This document shows positions 55,999 through 64,000 of a DNA stretch of 64,000 nt, piece after piece (the first letter of the stretch is position 1; every line of letters starts with the position of its first letter). A model generated the notes under the pieces. It saw only the letters and a program-made list of their open reading frames with translations, had not been told where the DNA came from and did not search any database. The translations under genes and the position numbers were made by a program. Where the stretch lies: assembly GCA_020638905.1 (NCBI GenBank), contig JACKHP010000002.1, forward strand, positions 258,910-322,909, in the 5' to 3' direction. Source of the DNA: Planctomycetota bacterium (GTDB taxonomy: Bacteria > Planctomycetota > B15-G4).

Positions 55999-57681
55999 TC
56001 AGAGGATCGTGATCGCGACGCCCTCGGTGCCGTACACGCCGCCCGTGGCGAGGGCCGTCGGGTCGGCGATGAACCACTGCCCGTAGACCAGGAAGCCCGA
56101 GAGGACCGGGTTCTTCGGGATGGGCAGGTTGTACGTCGCGATGCCGTCGGCGTCCGTCGTCATGGCAGCGGTCAGCAAGATCGTGCCGAGATCGACGTTG
56201 ACGGGCACCGGGAAACGCGGATCCGGGTAGGGCGTGCCGGCCGGGTCGTCGTCGAACGCGAAGACCAGCACCGCGCCCGTGTTCGGGACCGCATCGCTCA
56301 CGCCGAGCAGGAAGTCGCCGTTGCCGAGGTTCGCCGGGTGCGTGTCGATGACCTGGGCGAAGCCTCCGTTGCCGTCGGCGCTCGCCACGCCGTAGGTCGT
56401 GTTGAGCGGGGGCAGCTCGCTGTGCAGCGTCGGACGGTTGAACGGGAACGTCCCGGCCTCGACGCGCGGGTCGGTCAGGCCTTCCTCGATGAAGAAGATC
56501 AGCGCGTCCTTCTCGTCCTGGGTCAGGTCGAGCACGAGCAGGTTCGGGTCGAGGTTGCCGTCGTCGAAGTCGCCGCCACGGCTGTAGAAGTCGATCAGGT
56601 CCGGCACCGAAGCCGCCGCACCGTTGTGGAAGAGCGGAGTGCGCAGCTTGGCGTTGCGGATGTTCGGCGTCTTGAAGCGGCCCATGTCGGCCGGGTCGCC
56701 GGTGACGTCGAAGCGACCGTGGTCTTCGGCATCGGGACGGACACCGACGTTGTGGAAGTCGTTGTCCATCGTGAAGGGCAGCACGTGGCAGGCCGCGCAG
56801 TTCGCGTTGCCCTGGAACAGCTCGAAGCCCGCCTGCATCTTCGGGTCGTAGCCGGTGAAGTCCTGGATCTCACCCTTCAGGAAGGCGTCGAGGACCGTCT
56901 CGTCGGAGATCAAGGTGCGCTCGTAGTTGCCGATGGCGAACATGACGCGCTTCGACGTGATGGTCGGGTCGCCGTAGACCGCCTCGAACATGTCGGGGTA
57001 GGTCGGGTTGTCGGCCAGGAAGTCGAGCATCTCGGCCGGCAGGTTGGTGGCCAGGGCCATCGGGGTCACGTCGGCCAGCTTGGCGGTGATCGCGTCCCAG
57101 GTGCGGTTCACGCCGCCCATCTCGACGTCGGACACGGGCGGACCCGCGGCCTGGCTCTCCAGCGCGCCGAGGTAGCCGATCTCGACAAGACCGCTCTGCG
57201 GATCGGTGTAGGCCTCGGTGGCGCGACCGTCCCAGAAGAGCTGGTTGAAGTACGGCGCGTTGATCGCCGTGGGCGCCTTGCGGTTGGTGGACTGCACTCC
57301 CGAACCGAAGATGTCGGAGTGCACGAACTGTCCGGCCGCCGCGTCCTGGCGCACGATGCCGCGCGAACCCGCGATGTCGTCGTCGGTGCCGAAGATGCCG
57401 TCGGGACCCGGGTGCGGCTTGTTCACCGCGCGCGGATCGGCGCCGCCCGCTTCATGGATGTGGCAGGTGCCGCAGGCCATGGTGTTGTCGGTGCTGATCT
57501 GCTCTTCCCAGAACAGGAACTTACCGAGCACGTCCTGGTCGGTGAGCATCGGGTTCTCGAAGGGGAACTCCGGCGGGTTGGGCATCGGAGTGTCGGCCTG
57601 CGCGAGAACCGCGGGAGCCATGGTGGCCGCGAAGCACGCCATGGCGGCGACGGGCAGGAAGCGAGGGCGATTGGAAGCCAT
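55999..57681 (-). CDS. di-haem cytochrome c peroxidase / MauG-family protein with an added shared C-terminal module
   Basis: ATG 57681. Signal MASNRPRFLPVAAMACFAATMAPAVLAQA. Haem motifs CGTCH and CAACH. FWDGRA, and PNIRNAKLRTPLFHNGA. The last ~130 aa are unrelated to CCP. Confidence 0.88.
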   Translation of the reverse strand: MASNRPRFLPVAAMACFAATMAPAVLAQADTPMPNPPEFPFENPMLTDQDVLGKFLFWEEQISTDNTMACGTCHIHEAGGADPRAVNKPHPGPDGIFGTDDDIAGSRGIVRQDAAAGQFVHSDIFGSGVQSTNRKAPTAINAPYFNQLFWDGRATEAYTDPQSGLVEIGYLGALESQAAGPPVSDVEMGGVNRTWDAITAKLADVTPMALATNLPAEMLDFLADNPTYPDMFEAVYGDPTITSKRVMFAIGNYERTLISDETVLDAFLKGEIQDFTGYDPKMQAGFELFQGNANCAACHVLPFTMDNDFHNVGVRPDAEDHGRFDVTGDPADMGRFKTPNIRNAKLRTPLFHNGAAASVPDLIDFYSRGGDFDDGNLDPNLLVLDLTQDEKDALIFFIEEGLTDPRVEAGTFPFNRPTLHSELPPLNTTYGVASADGNGGFAQVIDTHPANLGNGDFLLGVSDAVPNTGAVLVFAFDDDPAGTPYPDPRFPVPVNVDLGTILLTAAMTTDADGIATYNLPIPKNPVLSGFLVYGQWFIADPTALATGGVYGTEGVAITIL

Positions 57682-57817
57682 GCGGACCTCAGTGGTGCGG
57701 GCGGGAACGTTGGGGAGAAGGAGGACTGCGCGTCGGCTGCGGCCGCGTCCACGGCTTCCGATCCGACACGTATCGGAGAAGTCTACTCTGAGATGTTTTG
57801 AACTGTCAATGCATGGA

Positions 57818-57859
57818 GCGCTTACGTAACATGTTGCCACACAAGTGTTTACGAAGCGC
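57818..57859. promoter_or_regulatory. imperfect inverted repeat in an AT-rich divergent promoter region
   Basis: GCGCTTACGTAACA-N14-TGTTTACGAAGCGC. The left arm contains the overlapping perfect palindromes TTACGTAA and AACATGTT. Lies between the peroxidase start (57681) and the methyltransferase start (57959). Confidence 0.35.
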
Positions 57860-57958
57860 CATGAGACTTGCCGTGAATATCGCTGCATCAGCAGACCTGA
57901 AAATCGCCAGGGCCTGGACAAAGCCCCTGGAGGGTTTCGACCGCTCGGAGAGCGAGGC

Positions 57959-58792
57959 ATGAGCATACCCCCTTCCGTGCGGTCGGTCTGGGCGCGTGCC
58001 GCCGACGGCTGGACGCGACACGCCGAGCGCATCGCCACCATGACCCGTCCGGCCACCGAAGCCCTGCTCGAGGCGCTGGCCCCCGGCGCCGGCGAACACC
58101 TGCTCGACGTGGCCGCCGGCACCGGCGATCCGTCCCTGGAGCTCGCGCTGCGCGTGGCGCCCGACGGCCGCGTCGTGTCGGTCGACGGCTCGGCCGACAT
58201 GCTCTCGGGCCTGCTCGCGCGCGCCGCGGGACGTCCAGTGCGCGCGGCCGCCGCGGCGGCCGAGTCGTTGCCCTTCGCGGACGCGACCTTCGGCGGACTC
58301 ACGTGCCGATTCGGTGCGATGTTCTTCGACGACCCGCGCGCGGGACTGTCCGAGATGCGACGCGTGTTGCGTCCCGGCGGACGCGCCGTGCTCGTCGTCT
58401 GGGGACGCAAGGACAGGAACCCGTACTTCACGCTCTGCACGCGCGCGCTCGCGGCCGCGGGCGTGGCGGTTCCCGATCCCCCGCCGGGCACACGCACGGT
58501 GTTCGAGTTCGCGGACGTCGAGTCGCTGCTCGGTCACGCGCGCGAGGCGGGGTTCTCCGAGCCGACCTCGGTGACCGTCCCCTTCGCGCTGCGGCTCCCG
58601 GGGGTGAGCGCCTCCGGGTTGCTCGACGCCCAACGCGAGATCTCGGGACGCATCGCCGAGCTGGCCGCCGACCTCTCCGACGACGTGCTCGAAGCCGCAC
58701 GCGCGTGGCTCGGCGAGCAGGCCGCGACGTTCGAACGCGACGACGGCCTGCACCTGCCGGCCGAGTGCCACGTGCTGCGCGCCGCGCGCTGA
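57959..58792 (+). CDS. class I SAM-dependent methyltransferase
   Basis: ATG 57959 follows GGAGAGCGAGG. Motif I LLDVAAGTGD. Also RVLRPGGRAVLVVW. Confidence 0.85.
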   Translation: MSIPPSVRSVWARAADGWTRHAERIATMTRPATEALLEALAPGAGEHLLDVAAGTGDPSLELALRVAPDGRVVSVDGSADMLSGLLARAAGRPVRAAAAAAESLPFADATFGGLTCRFGAMFFDDPRAGLSEMRRVLRPGGRAVLVVWGRKDRNPYFTLCTRALAAAGVAVPDPPPGTRTVFEFADVESLLGHAREAGFSEPTSVTVPFALRLPGVSASGLLDAQREISGRIAELAADLSDDVLEAARAWLGEQAATFERDDGLHLPAECHVLRAAR

Positions 58793-58883
58793 ACGCTCCG
58801 CAGGAGGACGCACGCCATCCCGTGCGGCCCGCGGGCGACCCGCCCACGCACCGCCCGGGCGCACGCGGCGGCGCAGGCGGCGA

Positions 58884-59789
58884 CTACCAGCGGTCGGCGA
58901 GGGCCACGCGGTGCGCGGCTTCGTCCTCGGGCACCGACGGGCTGCACTCGAGGCCCACGAAGCCGCGGTAGCCGAGCTCGAAGAGCTGGCGCAGCACGCG
59001 CGGGTAGTGGATCTCGCCGGTGCCCGGCTCGTGGCGACCGGGCGTGTCGGCGAGTTGCACGTAGGCGATCTGGTCGAAGCCGTCACGCAGCCGTCCGCAC
59101 AGGTCTCCCTCGCTGACCTGCATGTGGTAGAGGTCCCACATGATCTTCACGCGCGGCGAAGCGACCGCGCGGCAGATGGCGAGCGCCGGCGGGCTGCCGT
59201 ACAGGCAGTGGCCCTTGTGGTCGACGCGGATGTTCATCGGCTCGAGCGCCAGCGTCACGCCGGCGTCCTCGGCGACGGGGGCGGCCAGGCGCAGGCCGTC
59301 GACGATGTGCGCGTGCATCTCGGCCTGCGTCATGCCGGGCTGGTCGTCGCCTCCCACCACGGTCATGACCTCGGCGCCGAGCCGGTGCGCGACGTCACAC
59401 CCCTGCTTGATCGCCTCGACGAACGCCGTGTGGTTCGCCGGATCGTTGAGCCCCGGACGGAAGCCCCACGCGGTGAACTGCCCCACCGCCAGTCCGTGCT
59501 CGCGGCAGCGCCGCCCGATGTCGTCGAGGTCCTTCCCCTGCCAGGGCCAGAACTCGACGGCCGGGAAGCCCAGCGCCGCGGCGCGCTCGATGCGCTCGCC
59601 GAAGGGCAGCGCGCCGTACCACATCTCGAGGTTGAGCGCGAAGCGCGTGTGCGGCGTGCGTCCCGGCAGGCCGTCGGCGGACGCGTCGTCGTCGGACACC
59701 GCACGCGCCGCCGCGAACGGCGGCACCGAGGCCGCGCCGAGCGCGGCGAGACCGGAGGCCAGCAGATGACGACGGGACGGGCGGGTCAT
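58884..59789 (-). CDS. Tat-exported xylose-isomerase-like TIM-barrel protein (hydroxypyruvate-isomerase family)
   Basis: ATG 59789. Twin-arginine signal MTRPSRRHLLASGLAALGAA. AAALGFPAVEFW, LALEPMN and GFVGLEC. Confidence 0.78.
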   Translation of the reverse strand: MTRPSRRHLLASGLAALGAASVPPFAAARAVSDDDASADGLPGRTPHTRFALNLEMWYGALPFGERIERAAALGFPAVEFWPWQGKDLDDIGRRCREHGLAVGQFTAWGFRPGLNDPANHTAFVEAIKQGCDVAHRLGAEVMTVVGGDDQPGMTQAEMHAHIVDGLRLAAPVAEDAGVTLALEPMNIRVDHKGHCLYGSPPALAICRAVASPRVKIMWDLYHMQVSEGDLCGRLRDGFDQIAYVQLADTPGRHEPGTGEIHYPRVLRQLFELGYRGFVGLECSPSVPEDEAAHRVALADRW

Positions 59790-59839
59790 GGCGGCACCTC
59801 GGCGGGAGGCGACCGTCGTACCACAGCCTCCGTGCGTCG

Positions 59840-60979
59840 TCAGCCGTCGCCTCCTCCGTCCGCGGCGGGTGCGCCGCCGACCGCGGGCGATCCGACGAGC
59901 AGGCCGGCCAGCTCGGCCAGGTCGATCACGAGCGGCACGCGCGGGTCGTTGCTGTTGAGGGTGACCTTCGGGACGTTCAGGTTGCCGGCCGCCTCGAGCG
60001 CGAGCCAGATGCGTCCGCCGCGGGTGTTCAGGATCTCGTTGCGCAACTGGTCGCGCAGCGCCTGGGCGCGGTCGATGGCGAGCTGTCCCTCGGCCTCGAG
60101 CGAGACCTTCTCGGCGTCGCCCTCGGCCTTGACCCGGCTCTCGTAGGTCATCGTCTCGGCCCGGATGCCCGCGATGGTGACCTCGTACTCGCTCTCGAGC
60201 TCCTGGAGCTTCTTGTCCCACTGCGCGCTCTTGGCCTTGATCGCCGCGCCGATCTGCTGCTCGATCGAGTTGGTGACCTGCTCCTGCTCGGCCTGCAGCG
60301 CCAGCGCCCCGTCGAGCAGCGCCTGCTGCGTGAGCAGCTGCTTGGCCTGCAGCTTCGCCTCGTAGTCCGGCGGGAACGCCACACGCCGGATGAGCAGCGA
60401 CTCGGCCACGACGTGGAACCCGGCCAGCTCGTCGTTCAGCATCGGCAGCACCTCGGCGGTGCGCTTGAGGCGCTTGTCGGTGTCCTGCAGGTCCTCGCTG
60501 CTGAGCTGGCTCAGCTGGGCGCGCAGCACGTTCTCGACGGTCGACTTGACGCGCTCGTAGTAGCTGGAGCGCAGTCCGAGGTCGACGATCATCCAGGCCT
60601 CGCCCTCCTTGATGCGGAACGGCACCGTCACGTCGATCGTCGTCTGGTTGTTGTCCTTCGTGCGCAGCTCCATCGGCGGATAGAAGCGCGTCGTCTCGGC
60701 ACCGCGCTCGGTCAGGCTGCCGATCACGTCGCCTCCCGAGACGGGCTTCGACTCGCAGAAGTGCAGGAAGTGCGTGCGCCGCGGGAGGAAGTTCCAGCGG
60801 TGGACGCCGGTGATGCCCCAGTAGGTGCCGGTGGTGAAGTCGTGCTTCGTGAGGCCTCCGCCCCCGAGCAGCGCCTGGCGCACGCCGATGTCCATCGGCT
60901 TGACGCGCACGAAGAGCGCGACCGAGAGCACGGCGAACGCGACCACCAGTCCGGCGACGACTCCGATCGTGCGCGACAC
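59840..60979 (-). CDS. SPFH/band-7 domain membrane protein
   Basis: GTG 60979 lies 1 nt after the upstream stop. N-terminal TM helix. SPFH core (..TKDNNQTTIDVTVPFRI..) followed by a long coiled coil. Confidence 0.85.
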   Translation of the reverse strand: MSRTIGVVAGLVVAFAVLSVALFVRVKPMDIGVRQALLGGGGLTKHDFTTGTYWGITGVHRWNFLPRRTHFLHFCESKPVSGGDVIGSLTERGAETTRFYPPMELRTKDNNQTTIDVTVPFRIKEGEAWMIVDLGLRSSYYERVKSTVENVLRAQLSQLSSEDLQDTDKRLKRTAEVLPMLNDELAGFHVVAESLLIRRVAFPPDYEAKLQAKQLLTQQALLDGALALQAEQEQVTNSIEQQIGAAIKAKSAQWDKKLQELESEYEVTIAGIRAETMTYESRVKAEGDAEKVSLEAEGQLAIDRAQALRDQLRNEILNTRGGRIWLALEAAGNLNVPKVTLNSNDPRVPLVIDLAELAGLLVGSPAVGGAPAADGGGDG

Positions 60980-60980
60980 G

Positions 60981-62126
60981 TCAGTTCCCTCCCGATCCGG
61001 CGGCGGCGGCGGCCGCGGTCTCGACCTCGAGGCGCGCGGGCGTGGCGTCCCGCGTGTACGGGACGAGCGTGAACTCGACGTCGCCGAGCCGCTCGGCCAG
61101 CCGCTCGCGCACCAGGACCTCTCCCTGCGCCTCGAGCGCCTCGGTGATGGCCTTCAGTCCCTCGGACTCCTTGAGCGCCTTCTCGCGAGCGGCGCGCGCC
61201 TGTTCGGTCATCGCCGCGAGCGACGCCTGCCCCTCGCCCACGAGCCGCGTCTTGTACGCGTCGGCCGAGCGCTGGACGCGCACCTGGTCCTGCTCGGCGG
61301 CGATCCGCTCGGCCTCGAGCGTGCCCTTGAGCGTCTCGTACGCGACGGCCTTCTCCGACTCGATCTCGGCCAGCCGCCGCTCGCGCTCCTGGACGAGCTG
61401 CTCGGCGCGCGCCTTGATGCGCTCGACCTCCTGGTTGGCCACCTTGCGATCCTCGATCGCCTGCTCGTACTCCGGGTCGAACTTCGGCTTGGGCGTGATG
61501 ATCTGGACGACGTCGATCCCGTGCGGGAGGAGGGCATCATTGAGCCGCTGCCGCGCCGCGAGCGTGGCCTCGTTGTAGTTCGTGGGATCGGCCACCTCGG
61601 ACGCCGAGAAGCGGCCGAACTCGTCGCGCAGGATCGAGCGCGCGAAGGCGCGCACCCAGTCCTGCTTGAACGACTCGCTGCTGCCCGAGTCGCTCAGGAC
61701 GAGGTCGCTCTCCCCCGGCTGGATCTCGTACTGGATGCGGACCTCGTCGAACCAGAAGTTGCTGCCGTCGTTGGCACGCACCGTGAGCTTCGACACGTGG
61801 TTCGAGTCGATGTCGCGATCGCCCGACATGACGAACTCCTGGATGCTCTTGTCGAACAGGAAGGCCTGTTCGACGAACGGGGCGAAGAACCGGTACCCGG
61901 GGTCGCGCACGATCTCCGCGTGGCCCGAGAGGTAGTTCACGACGACCGCGACCTGCGTGTCCTTGACCTCGACGAAACCGCCCTGCCCGGTGACCATCAC
62001 GATCACGAAGCCCGCCAGCAGGACGACGACGGCGCAGCCCATGAGCACGCGCGACCTGCGCCCGGGGCCACCGCCGGGTGGACGGCTCCTCGCGAACTCG
62101 CGCTCGAAGTCCTCGGACGTGGTCAT
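60981..62126 (-). CDS. SPFH/band-7 domain membrane protein (paralogue, upstream partner)
   Basis: ATG 62126 follows GGGAG. TM helix LMGCAVVVLLAGFVIVMV. SPFH core (..TVRANDGSNFWFDEVRIQYEI..) and coiled coil. Confidence 0.85.
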   Translation of the reverse strand: MTTSEDFEREFARSRPPGGGPGRRSRVLMGCAVVVLLAGFVIVMVTGQGGFVEVKDTQVAVVVNYLSGHAEIVRDPGYRFFAPFVEQAFLFDKSIQEFVMSGDRDIDSNHVSKLTVRANDGSNFWFDEVRIQYEIQPGESDLVLSDSGSSESFKQDWVRAFARSILRDEFGRFSASEVADPTNYNEATLAARQRLNDALLPHGIDVVQIITPKPKFDPEYEQAIEDRKVANQEVERIKARAEQLVQERERRLAEIESEKAVAYETLKGTLEAERIAAEQDQVRVQRSADAYKTRLVGEGQASLAAMTEQARAAREKALKESEGLKAITEALEAQGEVLVRERLAERLGDVEFTLVPYTRDATPARLEVETAAAAAAGSGGN

Positions 62127-62306
62127 GGCTCGCTCCCGTGCAGGGTGTCCAGCGCGGGACGTCGACGACGCGCTGCCGGCACGCCCCCCCGCGCGGCGCC
62201 CTTGTTGTGGATCGCCTCGGACGATTGCACCAAGCCCGGACGCCGTGTGCACGCGCGTTCCGCGCGCCGCGTCGAAGCTCCCCGGCCTGCGAGCGCCGAG
62301 CGACCG

Positions 62307-63971
<1,665 letters not shown>

Positions 63972-64000
63972 GGCGGGGTCCTGTGCAGCGATCGGGGGAC

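Overview
This is a very GC-rich bacterial chromosomal segment. Third codon positions are almost all G/C, so every frame produces long spurious ORFs. I picked real genes by recognisable protein motifs, start-codon context and stop/start coupling. No database search was run, so all family calls come from motif recognition by eye. About 47 protein genes are supportable. I found no rRNA, tRNA, CRISPR, transposase or integrase.

Main blocks:
(1) 299-9954 (-): an eight-gene, translationally coupled arginine operon, argG-orfX-argC-argD-argF'-argB-argE-argH, of the N-acetylornithine-carbamoyltransferase type. It has no argA or argJ. An uncharacterised BioD/DUF1611-like P-loop gene (7442-8602) sits between argG and argC. 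A perfect 19-bp palindrome lies in the only AT-rich patch upstream.
(2) Secreted SBBP, FG-GAP and unknown proteins (10581-13344, 26952-31192). Together with a di-haem peroxidase (55999-57681), they share one C-terminal module of roughly 110 aa. Two FG-GAP genes carry single-base frameshifts.
(3) 13452-18221 (-): a cytochrome-oxidase biogenesis cluster, DUF420 - SCO1 - CtaB::SCO1 fusion - CtaA - cupredoxin.
(4) 18494-23074 (+): a 1526-aa lipoprotein with a caspase-like His/Cys protease, a helical middle and a tandemly duplicated FGE-sulfatase (FGS) module.
(5) Housekeeping and other genes: groES-groEL, thiE, two receiver proteins, a histidine kinase, an ABC-F ATPase, ligA-dbpA-VF530, queA, pdxS-pdxT-nth, a LON-domain protein plus a membrane M1 peptidase, a Thr-type sulfatase-fold enzyme, an SPFH pair and hutU.

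The best hidden feature is a SelW/Rdx-like selenoprotein gene (33011-33271, -). It is absent from the ORF track because its CxxU redox motif uses an in-frame TGA (33239-33241), which is followed by a SECIS-like hairpin. The gene lies 40 nt upstream of a B12-binding radical-SAM gene and directly downstream of a perfect (CGAAGC)x20 microsatellite.

Candidates for undescribed biology, in my order: the arg-operon P-loop gene (possible non-canonical first-step enzyme), the selenoprotein/radical-SAM pair, the caspase-FGS lipoprotein, and the shared C-terminal module of the secreted proteins.
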